NCBI GenBank assembly: GCA_963804975.1
Contig: CAWDSG010000001.1
Location: forward strand, 118-64,117
Length of the DNA stretch: 64,000 nucleotides
Direction of reading: 5' to 3'
Source of the DNA: an uncultured bacterium
GTDB taxonomy: Bacteria; Patescibacteriota; Minisyncoccia; Phycocordibacterales; GWA1-40-21
Positions 8,980 to 18,494 of the stretch are shown here, one piece after another (within the stretch, counting starts at the first letter, position 1; each line of letters begins with the position of its first letter). The notes beneath the pieces are model-generated. The model saw nothing but the letters and a program-made list of their open reading frames with translations. It did no database searches and was not told the origin of the DNA. Both the position numbers and the translations under genes were made by a program.

Positions 8980-9089
8980 GAATGAAGTGAATATTAAAAT
9001 CATGACCCTGTGAAATATTTTGCTTCAGCAAAATGAAAATTTAAAAATTTTCTATTTCACGGGGTGTAGAAATTATTGTCGCTTCGCTC
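8980..9089. repeat. Repeat family B, copy 2 (between the L10 leader and rplJ)
   Basis: GAATGAAGTGA...ACCCTGTGAAATA...TATTTCACGGGGT...TCGCTTCGCTC. Confidence 0.85.
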
Positions 9090-9099
9090 TGTAATTTCT

Positions 9100-9190
9100 A
9101 ACATCGACCTTGTAAATCAAGGCCTCTAAACATAGAGTGTGACCTCGACCAGATTTACGGCTTTCGCCACTGGTTGTCTTTGGCCTTAAT
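9100..9190 (-). promoter_or_regulatory. L10 leader (autoregulatory RNA of rplJL)
   Basis: Minus strand CCAAAGACAACCAG...CTGGTCGAGG matches the AAGAC-stem-CGAGG pattern of L10 leaders; upstream of rplJ. Confidence 0.7.
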
Positions 9191-9269
9191 ATGGTTATAT
9201 TAGCAGAAAATAAAAAAAAGTAAAGAATAAAAAAACCGCCTATAAAAGCGCGGTTTTTAAAAAACCAAA

Positions 9270-9860
9270 CTACTTCCTAAGAGCTAGAAAGCAATCATCT
9301 CCAAACAAATTGAATGGAGTATCAAATTGTGCATCGTACGGATATGGATTATCCGGACGACTTTGTCTTTTCCAATACCTCAGATATCGAATATTAGCAC
9401 CCGATTGTTCAGACTCATAAATTGTTCCGGCAAATAAAATCTTTTTGTCTTCCCACTCATCTGGAACAAGGTATGGCCTGTTCATCAAGTGGTCCAAAAC
9501 GTTAGCATTTAAGACTGGTAATTTCAGATATTCATCAGCAAGATCTTTTATGATAATGTTTCCAAAATTACCTCCTACTGGAAATAATACAATCTCTTTT
9601 GGATCAACGGAAAACATTCCGATTCTTTTATGCGCTCGCACTCTCCAATCTTTATATGGTAGATATGGATCAAGGTCGCAATTGATAAGAGTGAAGAGAA
9701 AGTTAATTTCGGCGTTACCGAGTAATACTTCATGGAATTTCCTGAGTAAACCTTTCCGCTCCGTGAGCATTTTGATTTGCGCATTTGTCCAAGGTCCTTC
9801 ACGCCGAAATGCAGCTTTTAATTCACCAGCCTGATCAACATCGAGCATAAGATCGCTCAT
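9270..9860 (-). CDS. Hypothetical protein (CPR-type family with an LNANVLDHL motif)
   Basis: 196-aa ORF with AAGGAGG SD, its own TTGATA-N17-TATAAA promoter and a terminator at ~9230-9258. Confidence 0.8.
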   Translation of the reverse strand: MSDLMLDVDQAGELKAAFRREGPWTNAQIKMLTERKGLLRKFHEVLLGNAEINFLFTLINCDLDPYLPYKDWRVRAHKRIGMFSVDPKEIVLFPVGGNFGNIIIKDLADEYLKLPVLNANVLDHLMNRPYLVPDEWEDKKILFAGTIYESEQSGANIRYLRYWKRQSRPDNPYPYDAQFDTPFNLFGDDCFLALRK

Positions 9861-9956
9861 GGTTGACCTCCTTAATTTTATTTGGACGGTGTTCTTTTTA
9901 GTGAACTATGTCCTTTTTGTTTATACCACCAATAAACAATTTTATCAATCGCAACA

Positions 9957-9982
9957 AAAAACACCCTTCTCGGGTGTTTTTT
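9957..9982 (-). terminator. Terminator directly after rplB
   Basis: AAAAACACCC-TTCTC-GGGTGTTTTTT. Confidence 0.7.
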
Positions 9983-9988
9983 GAAAAA

Positions 9989-10840
9989 TTATTTCTCTCC
10001 CTTCGCCTTACCCACCTTGCGTCTTGAAACAATTAAATAATTTGAATATTTTTTGGGAGTTCTTGATTTCTGGCCTTTGCCGACATGCTTTCCCCACTTG
10101 GTCTTTGCAAATCTCATGCCTCTTCCGGATTTTCCTTCTCCTCCGCCGTACGGGTGATCCATCGGATTCATAACAGAACCTCTGACTGTCGGTCTGATGC
10201 CGAGATGCCTTGATCTTCCCGCTTTTCCGATGCTCACGAGCCAATTTTCATCGTTTGAAACGCTGCCGATTGATGCCCATGCGTTTTCCGGAACTTTTCT
10301 GACTTCGCTTGAAGGCATTTTTATATGGACATATCCGGCGTCATTTGCCACGATTTGTCCGAAGCTTCCTGCTGACCTTACAAGTTTTGCTCCGCCGCCG
10401 ACTTTGATTTCAACATTGTAAACAAAAGTACCAACCGGAATATTTTTCAAAAGAGTCCTGTTCCCCGCTTTCACTTCCGCTTTATCGGAAACCAAAAACG
10501 TATCGCCGACTTTCATTGATTTCGGCAAAAGGACATATCTTTTTTCTCCATCGGCATAATTCACAAGCCCGATGAATCCGGTTCTGTATGGATCGTATTC
10601 AACTGTCATTATTTTTGCAGGAATATTTTTCTTGTCATATGTAAAATCAATGTCTCTGAAAACCTTTTTGTTCCCGGAACCCTGATGTCTCATTGTGATT
10701 CTGCCTTTGTTGTTCCTTCCGGCATTGTTCTTTTTCCCTTTGGTCAGCGCTTTCAGCGGCCTTGACGCGGTCAAAACTCCCCTGTATGTGACAGTGGACA
10801 TATTCCTTCTTGATGGCGATGTTGGTCTGTAAAATTTCAT
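9989..10840 (-). CDS. rplB: 50S ribosomal protein uL2
   Basis: GRNNKGRIT, EYDPYRT, GKAGRSR, DHPYGGGEG. Confidence 0.98.
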   Translation of the reverse strand: MKFYRPTSPSRRNMSTVTYRGVLTASRPLKALTKGKKNNAGRNNKGRITMRHQGSGNKKVFRDIDFTYDKKNIPAKIMTVEYDPYRTGFIGLVNYADGEKRYVLLPKSMKVGDTFLVSDKAEVKAGNRTLLKNIPVGTFVYNVEIKVGGGAKLVRSAGSFGQIVANDAGYVHIKMPSSEVRKVPENAWASIGSVSNDENWLVSIGKAGRSRHLGIRPTVRGSVMNPMDHPYGGGEGKSGRGMRFAKTKWGKHVGKGQKSRTPKKYSNYLIVSRRKVGKAKGEK

Positions 10841-10851
10841 AATTGATTTTA

Positions 10852-11151
10852 TTAAATGAATGCGATTTTATCCCCCTTTTTCAAAAATACAAGCGCTTTT
10901 TTGATGGCTGGTTTTATTCCTTTTTTCCCTCTTTTAATGACATTTTTTGCCGGAAGCGTGATCATATTCACTTTTATCGGAGTGACTTTGTAAATCTGCT
11001 TGATTGCTTCCGCTACGGTCTTTTTTGTTGCGCTTGGCAGCACTTCAAAAGTATACATATTTTGCGATTCGGACTTGATGCCGGATTTTTCCGTGACTTT
11101 CGGCTTTTTTATAACCGAAGCGGTATTATATTTCGGAATTATGTTTGTCAT
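10852..11151 (-). CDS. rplW: 50S ribosomal protein uL23
   Basis: PKVTEKS, YTFEV, KKALVFLKKG; position between rplD and rplB. Confidence 0.95.
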   Translation of the reverse strand: MTNIIPKYNTASVIKKPKVTEKSGIKSESQNMYTFEVLPSATKKTVAEAIKQIYKVTPIKVNMITLPAKNVIKRGKKGIKPAIKKALVFLKKGDKIAFI

Positions 11152-11156
11152 GGCGA

Positions 11157-11951
11157 TTATTTGGCTTTGGCCATCTTATTTTCGATAAATTTGATTGACT
11201 CGGCCGGATTTTCAATGACGATATATTTCATATTCAACAGATCGACAGGATTCATATTCCTGATTTCATCGACTCTGACATTCCCGATGTTCGCAAAACT
11301 TTTTTCAAAGGCGATTTTCTTGCCGGATGTGGCTATGATCGCGCTCGACTTTTTCTTGGTCAGAATATCCGAGCATGTCTTGATTTTGCTCAATGACTTC
11401 AGTATTTCAAGCGCTTCGGTCGTTTTCGGCTTGGCAATCTCAAATTTATCCACAAAAATAACTTCTCCATCCCTCATCTTTTTTGAAAGAATTGTATAGA
11501 GCGCCTTTATTTTCATTTTCTTGTTTATCTTCTTGCTGTAATTTTTCAATGCGTTCGGACCATGAGTAATGCCTCCGCCAACCCAGATTGGCGAACGAAT
11601 GGAGCCGTGTCTTGCCCGACCAGTGCCTTTTTGCTGCCAAGGTTTTTTACCTCCGCCCCTTACTTCTCCTCTGCCTTTTGTATGGGCGTAAATAACTCTT
11701 CTGTCAGCAAGCATTGAGAAAACAACCTGATGCACAAGGTCGGCATTTGGAGTCAGGCCGAAAACATTCGCCGGCAATTTTACTTCTCCGACTTCCTTTC
11801 CTTTTTGGTCATAAACTTTGGCTGTCGAAGGAATTTTCTGAGAAACTTTTTCGGTTTTTTCTGCTTTTTTCGGTTCAGTTTTAACCGCAACCTTCTCCGG
11901 CGCTTTTTTTACAACTTTTTTTGCATTCTTTTTTATAATCTCTTTTTCCAT
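11157..11951 (-). CDS. rplD: 50S ribosomal protein uL4 with a Lys-rich N-terminal extension
   Basis: GGGKKPWQQKGTGRARHGS, SPIWVGGG. Confidence 0.97.
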   Translation of the reverse strand: MEKEIIKKNAKKVVKKAPEKVAVKTEPKKAEKTEKVSQKIPSTAKVYDQKGKEVGEVKLPANVFGLTPNADLVHQVVFSMLADRRVIYAHTKGRGEVRGGGKKPWQQKGTGRARHGSIRSPIWVGGGITHGPNALKNYSKKINKKMKIKALYTILSKKMRDGEVIFVDKFEIAKPKTTEALEILKSLSKIKTCSDILTKKKSSAIIATSGKKIAFEKSFANIGNVRVDEIRNMNPVDLLNMKYIVIENPAESIKFIENKMAKAK

Positions 11952-11968
11952 AATAATATATGTAAATT

Positions 11969-12574
11969 TTATCCGCGCACCTCAACGAGCGTTCCTCTCC
12001 TTCCCGGAACCGCGCCGCTTATCAAAAGCTGACTATTTGCCTCGTCAACTCCAAGAATTTTAAGATTTTTTATGGTAACTCTTTCGCCGCCCATCCTTCC
12101 GGCCATTCTCATTCCTTTCGGAACCATATTTCTCAGACCTCCGCTGATGGAACCCGGAGCGTTTTCGGAATGCTTCTGTCCGTGGCTTCTCGGCTGGCCT
12201 TCGAATCCGTGCCTTTTGATGACGCTCTGGTATCCTTTTCCTTTTGAAACAGCGGAAACTTCGATTATGTCCCCAACCGCAAATCCGGAAAAATCTATTT
12301 TATCCCCGACTTTGAATTTTGAAATATCTTCAACTCTGAATTCTTTCATAAATCTCGCATTTACGCCTTTCAGATGGCCTTTCAATGGCTTGTTTATATT
12401 TTTTTCTTTTTTCAGGCCAAAACCGACTTGCAACGCGTCGTAGCCGTCTTTTTCTTTTGTTTTTATCTGAGTCACGGTTAAAGGGCCTGCCGAAAGAATC
12501 GTAACAGGATGCACCTTTCCGTTCTCATCGAAAATCTGGGTCATATTCTGCTTTGTACCGAGTATAAATTTCAT
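11969..12574 (-). CDS. rplC: 50S ribosomal protein uL3
   Basis: GTKQNMTQIF, DGYDALQVG, SKGKGYQ, GAVPG. Confidence 0.98.
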   Translation of the reverse strand: MKFILGTKQNMTQIFDENGKVHPVTILSAGPLTVTQIKTKEKDGYDALQVGFGLKKEKNINKPLKGHLKGVNARFMKEFRVEDISKFKVGDKIDFSGFAVGDIIEVSAVSKGKGYQSVIKRHGFEGQPRSHGQKHSENAPGSISGGLRNMVPKGMRMAGRMGGERVTIKNLKILGVDEANSQLLISGAVPGRRGTLVEVRG

Positions 12575-12588
12575 TTAATTTTCTTTTC

Positions 12589-12697
12589 GAGCGAAGCGAG
12601 TATTGGAAAATTTAACCCTGTGAAATATTTTGCATTAGCAAAATAAAATCTGAAAGATTTTTATTTCACGGGGTAAAAAATTATAATCGCTACGCTC
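12589..12697. repeat. Repeat family B, copy 3 (rpsJ-rplC spacer)
   Basis: GAGCGAAGCGA...ACCCTGTGAAATA...TATTTCACGGGGT...TCGCTACGCTC. Confidence 0.88.
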
Positions 12698-12706
12698 TTT
12701 AATTTT

Positions 12707-13099
12707 TTAGTTCATTTTCACATCAATGTTCACACCTGAAGGCAAACTCATGTTGGTGAGAGCTTCAATCACTTTTGCCGACGGATTTATAATATCTATC
12801 AATCTTCTGTGTATCCTCATCTCAAATTGTTCTCGCGCATTTTTGTAGACGAATGACGCACGATTGACCGTGTATTTTTTGATTTCCGTCGGAAGCGGCA
12901 CCGGACCGATGACTTTTGCGTCATGGCGGAGCGCCGTCTCGATAATCTGCTTCACTGAAGCGTCAAGGATTTTGCTGTCGTAAGCCCTGACGCGTATTCT
13001 TAATATTGAAGAACTTTCGATCTTCGCTGGCATTTTCGGCATTTTCACCTTTGATGCGGCCGCTGTTTTCGTATTCTTTTTTATTGCTGTTTTTTCCAT
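12707..13099 (-). CDS. rpsJ: 30S ribosomal protein uS10 with an N-terminal extension
   Basis: RIRVRAYD, GPVPLPT, REQFEMRIHRRLIDI. Confidence 0.97.
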   Translation of the reverse strand: MEKTAIKKNTKTAAASKVKMPKMPAKIESSSILRIRVRAYDSKILDASVKQIIETALRHDAKVIGPVPLPTEIKKYTVNRASFVYKNAREQFEMRIHRRLIDIINPSAKVIEALTNMSLPSGVNIDVKMN

Positions 13100-13110
13100 T
13101 AATTTTTAAC

Positions 13111-13220
13111 GAACGAAGTAACTATAAAAATTATGACTCTGTGAAATATTTTGCATTAGCAAAATAAATTTTTTCAAAAATTTATTTCACGGGATTTAAT
13201 AAAATATAGTCGCTGTGCTC
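13111..13220. repeat. Repeat family B, copy 4 (tuf-rpsJ spacer)
   Basis: GAACGAAGTAACTATA...CTCTGTGAAATA...TATTTCACGGGA...TATAGTCGCTGTGCTC. Confidence 0.85.
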
Positions 13221-13229
13221 CTTATTTTA

Positions 13230-14432
13230 TTAAGCAATAACTTTCGTTATAACGCCCGAACCTACGGTCTTTCCTCCTTCCCTGAAAGCAAATCTCATTT
13301 TGTCTTCAAGAGCAATCGGAGCAACGAGCTTTACTTTGAATGTAACCGTATCTCCCGGCATAACCATTTCAACTCCTGATGGAAGAGTAACATCTCCCGT
13401 AACATCTGTCGTCCTCATGTAGAACTGCGGTTTGTAGCCTGTAAAGAACGGCGTGTGCCTTCCGCCTTCCTCTTTCTTCAAAACGTAAACTTCCGCTTCA
13501 AATTCAATGTGAGGAGTGACTGTTCCCGGCTTTGCCAAGACCTGTCCTCTGTGGACATCCTCTTTCTTCGTACCTCTAAGCAAAACTCCGGCATTGTCTC
13601 CTGCATCTACGGTTTGCAGCTGTTTATTGAACATTTCGATACCGGTAATAACTGTTTTTGTTGTTGGTTTTATGCCGACAATTTCAACTTCGTCTCCGAT
13701 TTTTGATCTTCCTCTCTCGACTCTTCCCGTAACAACAGTTCCTCTTCCTTCGATTGAAAAGATGTCTTCTATAGGCATAAGGAATGGCTTATCAATATCT
13801 CGGGTTGGAAGCGGAATATATGTATCAAGAGCGTCCAAAAGTTCAGTAATGCATTTTGCATCAGGATCATCCGCGCTTTTGCAAGCCAAAGCTTTCGTGG
13901 CTGAACCTTTGATAATCGGGGCATTTGCTCCGTCAAAACCATATTTTGTAAGAAGTTCTCTGACCTCCGTTTCAACAAGATCCAAAAGATCTTTGTCGCT
14001 TACAAGATCGCATTTGTTCAAAAATACGACTATTCTCGGAACACCAACCTGCTTTGCCAAAAGAATGTGCTCTCTCGTCTGAGGCATAGGGCCGTCAACT
14101 GCAGACACGACAAGGATAGCGCCGTCCATTTGAGCGGCACCGGTAATCATGTTTTTGACGTAGTCAGCGTGACCAGGACAATCTACGTGCGCGTAGTGCC
14201 TTTTGTCCGTTGAGTATTCAACGTGAGAAATAGCAATAGTGATGATTTTTGAAGCATCTCTTCTGCCGGCCGATTCCGATGCTTTCGCAACCTGATCGTA
14301 TCCGACGGGCTTTGCAAGGCCTTTGAGGGATTGAATGTATGTGATAGCCGCTGTTAAAGTTGTCTTGCCATGGTCAATGTGACCAATGGTACCGACGTTT
14401 ATGTGCGGCTTGTCTCTTTTAAATTCTGCCAT
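13230..14432 (-). CDS. tuf: Elongation factor Tu
   Basis: [29 protein letters not shown]. Confidence 0.98.
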   Translation of the reverse strand: MAEFKRDKPHINVGTIGHIDHGKTTLTAAITYIQSLKGLAKPVGYDQVAKASESAGRRDASKIITIAISHVEYSTDKRHYAHVDCPGHADYVKNMITGAAQMDGAILVVSAVDGPMPQTREHILLAKQVGVPRIVVFLNKCDLVSDKDLLDLVETEVRELLTKYGFDGANAPIIKGSATKALACKSADDPDAKCITELLDALDTYIPLPTRDIDKPFLMPIEDIFSIEGRGTVVTGRVERGRSKIGDEVEIVGIKPTTKTVITGIEMFNKQLQTVDAGDNAGVLLRGTKKEDVHRGQVLAKPGTVTPHIEFEAEVYVLKKEEGGRHTPFFTGYKPQFYMRTTDVTGDVTLPSGVEMVMPGDTVTFKVKLVAPIALEDKMRFAFREGGKTVGSGVITKVIA

Positions 14433-14515
14433 ATTGTTTTGCTGATTTTAAAAGCGGAGCGCGCGAGAATTTGGCTCTGCCTAAAAAACCAACTTAAAAT
14501 GATTAATTCCCATCA

Positions 14516-14563
14516 TCCAGCACCTTCTTTTGGTTTTTTAAAAAACCAAAAGAAGGTGCTGGA
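14516..14563. repeat. Perfect 48-bp palindrome in the tuf leader
   Basis: TCCAGCACCTTCTTTTGGTTTTTT|AAAAAACCAAAAGAAGGTGCTGGA. Confidence 0.9.
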
Positions 14564-14797
14564 CTGGAAAGCTTATAAATTACGACTCGCAATTTTCGCG
14601 CAATAAAAATCTGCAAAAACAGATAATTAATTCCGCCAAAAACAGCGGAATAAGCACTCAAACGCGTACCGCTGATAATAGCAAAAGAATAAACGGGCGT
14701 CAACTGAATAAATGTTGGCTATTTTACACATACAAAAAAGGGTTTTTGTCCTAAAAAATCGGACAAAAACCCTGCTATTTTCGTTTTAATTTATTTT

Positions 14798-14977
14798 TTA
14801 TTTCTGAAAAAAATCGACAAAAGACAAAACCATCTTATCTATCAACATAGCTAATGCCGTTATTGGAATCAGAATAACAGAAAGTGGCCAAAAAAACTCA
14901 CCAATAACAATAAAAGTACCGGACCACATTTTTTTAAAAAAAGAACTTTTGGGAACGACTTCCGTTTGGTTTTCCAT
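14798..14977 (-). CDS. Small (59 aa) membrane protein, below the ORF-track cutoff
   Basis: MENQTEVVPKSSFFKKMWSGTFIVIGEFFWPLSVILIPITALAMLIDKMVLSFVDFFQK*; GAGG SD, upstream TTGACA, downstream hairpin at ~14740-14772. Confidence 0.6.
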   Translation of the reverse strand: MENQTEVVPKSSFFKKMWSGTFIVIGEFFWPLSVILIPITALAMLIDKMVLSFVDFFQK

Positions 14978-15047
14978 TTCAAATCCTCGATTCTGACGAA
15001 TTTATTTTCTAAATTTATATTAATATTATGGCGAAATATTGTCAATC

Positions 15048-15082
15048 AAAAAAGCGGGGCGCCTTCGGCGCCCCGCTTTTTT
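15048..15082 (-). terminator. Terminator after fusA
   Basis: AAAAAAGCGGGGCGCC-TTC-GGCGCCCCGCTTTTTT. Confidence 0.8.
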
Positions 15083-15106
15083 GTTTTTATTTTATAATTT
15101 TCAACT

Positions 15107-17271
15107 TTAAACTCTTTGAGTTGTAACTCCGCGTGTTTCAATAATAGTTTTAGCCACATTTGGTGGGACGATTTCATAATGATCAAATTCCATAATCACG
15201 GATGCTCTGCCTTCGGTAAGAGATCTCAAAGTAGTGACATAGCCGAACATTTCGGCAAGCGGAACCATCGCTTTTATGACTTTATTCATTCCTCTGTCAA
15301 ACATTTCCGTTATCTGGCCTCTTCGCGAATTGATGCTTCCCGACACGTCTCCCATAAATTTTTCCGGAGTGACAACTTCTACTTTCATCATCGGCTCAAG
15401 AAGTACCGGTCGTGCCCTTTTTGCGGCGTCCTGAAACGCCATTGAAGCGGCAATCTTGTAAGCAAGTTCGGATGAGTCAACATCGTGATACGAACCGTAC
15501 GTGAGTTCGCAGGAAACATTTACCACCCTGTATCCGGCAAGAATTCCCCTTTCCATCGCCTCTCGGACGCCTTTCTCAACTGCCGGAATAAATTCCTGCG
15601 GAATGACGCCTCCTTTGATTGAATTGATAAATTCAAAATCATCATATCTCTCGACATTCTTGGGAATTTTTGCGCCTTCTTCAAGTTTCTCCATCGGCTT
15701 GATTTTGATAAGCACGTGGCCATACTGGCCTTTTCCTCCGGATTGTTTGATGTATTTTTCTTCTTTTTCCGCCTCGCCGGTGATTGTTTCTTTGTAAGCA
15801 ACCTGCGGTTTGCCGACGTTCGCTTCCACGCCGAATTCTCTTTTCATCCTATCCACAAGAATTTCAAGATGAAGTTCTCCCATACCCGCCATAACCGTCT
15901 CGCCCGTCTCCTGATCGGATTTTATCTTGAATGTCGGATCTTCGTCCGAAAGTTTTTTCAAAGCCAGTCCCATTTTTTCCTGGTCGGCTTTTGTTTTCGG
16001 TTCAATTCTTAAAGTGATAACCGGTTCAGGAAAAATAATTTTATCCAAAAGTATCGGATGGTCTTCATCGCAGAGTGTATGGCTTGTTTTTGCGTTTTTA
16101 AGGCCGACAGCCGCCGCGATTTCTCCGGCAAAAACCGTTTCAACGTCTTCCCTGTCGTTTGCGTGCATTCTGACAACTCTGCCAAGGCGCTCCTTTTCTC
16201 CCGTCGTTGAATTGTAAATGTAAGTGCCGGCTGAAATAGTTCCGGAATAAACTCTGAAATATGTAAGCTGGCCGACAAAAGGATCGTTTTGAAGTTTGAA
16301 GGCAAGGGCGCAGAAGGGCTCCGTCATCGGATGCATGCCTGAAAATTTCTTCGCCTGTTCTCGGATCAATTCCTTTTACCGGCGGAATATCAAGAGGAGA
16401 AGGAAGATAATCCACGACAGCGTCAAGAACCAGCTGAACCCCTTTGTTTTTCAGAGCCGAGCCGGTAAAAACAGGGACTATCGTGTTTGCGATTGTCGCT
16501 TTTCTTAAAACAACTTTCAGTTCATCAACCGGAATTTCTTTTCCTTCCAAATAATCGTTCATGAGCTTTTCGTCGTTCTCGGCGATTTTTTCGACAAGCT
16601 CTGAACGGTATTTTTTTGCCTCCGCCAAAAGATTTGCCGGAATTTCCTCTTGCCTCACTTTGTCGCCCATTTCTCCGTCAAAATAAAATGCCTTCATCGT
16701 CATCAAATCCACAAGGCCTTTGAAATCAGATTCTGCGCCGATAGGAATCTGCATTCTGACCGCATATTTTGTCAGCCGCTCCAAAATTGACTGATATGAT
16801 CTTTCAAAACTTCCTCCTGTCCTGTCCAGTTTGTTTATAAAACAGATTCTTGGAACTTTTCCTTCATCGGCATATCTCCAGTTTGTTTCCGATTGCGGTT
16901 CAACTCCGGCAACACCGTCAAAAACAACGACAGCGCCGTCAAGAACTCGCAGAGATCTTTTTACCTCCGCGGTAAAATCAATATGGCCAGGCGTATCAAT
17001 AATATTAAATCTGACTTTTTTGCTCGTATCCTCTTTCGGCATATATGTCGGATTCCAAAAACAGGTGATGGCGGCGGAAGTGATGGTGATTCCTCTTTCT
17101 CTTTCCTGCTCCATCCAGTCGGTCGTGGTATTTCCGGTCGTGGACTTCGCCGATTTTGTGCTGGGTGCCTGTGTAATATAAAATTCTTTCGGACACGGTT
17201 GTTTTTCCCGCATCAATGTGGGCAATAATTCCGAAGTTCCTGACTTTTTCCAGTGGATAATCGCGTTTCAT
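15107..17271 (-). CDS. fusA: Elongation factor G, with two single-base frameshifts (probable sequencing errors)
   Basis: [17 protein letters not shown] and GMGELHL lie in three frames; extra C in GAC-C-GGA (~17137) and extra G in GAC-G-GAG (~16322). Confidence 0.95.
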
Positions 17272-17276
17272 AATTT

Positions 17277-17747
17277 TTACCACGCAAAATGCGCAAATGC
17301 TTTGTTGGCTTCGGCCATTTTGTGGACATTTTCTTTTTTCTTCACCGCATCGCCCTCGTTTTTTGAAGCGGCAATTATTTCATTCGCCAATTTTTCCGCT
17401 ATCGGCGCGCCTTTTTTCGTCCTGGCGGCTTCCACGATCCATTTCATGGAAAGCGCGGAGCGTCTTGCCGGCCTGACTTCAACAGGCACCTGATAATTCG
17501 CGCCTCCGACTCTTTTTGACCGGACTTCCATGTTCGGAGCGGTGTTTGAAAGGGCAAGCTCGAAAATTTCAACGGGATTTTTGACTTTCGCTTTTTCCTT
17601 TATCAATTCTAAAGTTCTGTAGATATTTTTCTCGGCTACGCTTTTTTTGCCGTCATACATTATATAATTTATAAGCTTTGAAATTTTTTCAGAACTGTAT
17701 TTATAATCCGGTTTCGGCGCTTTTTTTGTTTTTATTTTTCTTCTCAT
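17277..17747 (-). CDS. rpsG: 30S ribosomal protein uS7
   Basis: [26 protein letters not shown]. Confidence 0.98.
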   Translation of the reverse strand: MRRKIKTKKAPKPDYKYSSEKISKLINYIMYDGKKSVAEKNIYRTLELIKEKAKVKNPVEIFELALSNTAPNMEVRSKRVGGANYQVPVEVRPARRSALSMKWIVEAARTKKGAPIAEKLANEIIAASKNEGDAVKKKENVHKMAEANKAFAHFAW

Positions 17748-17762
17748 GACTAATTTTATTAT

Positions 17763-17847
17763 GAGCAAAGCGAATTTTAAAATTGTCACCCTGTGAAATA
17801 TTTGAATTCTTATTTCACGGGGTTAATAAATTATTCTCACTTCGTTC
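17763..17847. repeat. Repeat family B, copy 5 (rpsL-rpsG spacer)
   Basis: GAGCAAAGCGA...ACCCTGTGAAATA...TATTTCACGGGGT...TCACTTCGTTC. Confidence 0.85.
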
Positions 17848-17853
17848 GTTAAT

Positions 17854-18270
17854 TTATTTAACCGGTTTCGGCTTTTTCGCGCCATATTGGCTGCGGCCTT
17901 TTTTTCTTCCTTCCACTCCTGTGGCATCAAGAACCCCTCTTACAATTTGATATCTTAAGCCGACATCCTTGACTCTTCCGCCGCGAAGCAGAACAACCGA
18001 GTGTTCTTGGAGAGTATGTCCCATTCCCGGAATATAAGCTGTGACTTCCATTCCGTTTGAAAGGCGCACTCTTGCGATTTTTCTGATAGCGGAGTTCGGT
18101 TTTTTCGGTGTCTTTGTGGTGACTTTCACGCATACGCCTCTTTTGAAAGGAGAATTCAGTTTGGTCGGCCTGTTTTCAAGAATATTAAAACCCTTCATCA
18201 GAGCGACTGATTTTGGTTTTCTTTTCGCCGTCTTCCTGTTTTGTTTTATTAATTGATTTATTGTAGGCAT
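17854..18270 (-). CDS. rpsL: 30S ribosomal protein uS12
   Basis: [30 protein letters not shown]. Confidence 0.98.
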   Translation of the reverse strand: MPTINQLIKQNRKTAKRKPKSVALMKGFNILENRPTKLNSPFKRGVCVKVTTKTPKKPNSAIRKIARVRLSNGMEVTAYIPGMGHTLQEHSVVLLRGGRVKDVGLRYQIVRGVLDATGVEGRKKGRSQYGAKKPKPVK

Positions 18271-18494
18271 AAAAAATTTATAGGATTTAAAAAACATTCC
18301 CACCAAAGGTGAAAATGCAACTCTGATACTAGCATCGAGCTATGGACGCTAATGTCGCGATTATACTAATATAAATGGTCAAAAATAGCAATATGGCTAG
18401 TATTAATACATTTGACATATTATTTTTTGTGGCTAGAATGAAAAATAGTAAAAGTTGTACGTTGTAATATCATCAGAAAAAGGGGGCAGTAAAA

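Noticed and set aside
15107-17271. fusA split over three frames, suggesting programmed frameshifting or a pseudogene
   Set aside because: Both breaks are single duplicated bases with no slippery site or stimulator, in an essential gene that is otherwise conserved. Similar indels occur elsewhere in the window, so sequencing error is the simplest explanation.
18290-18360. Possible structured leader of rpsL
   Set aside because: Only short, weak hairpins are visible; comparative data are needed.
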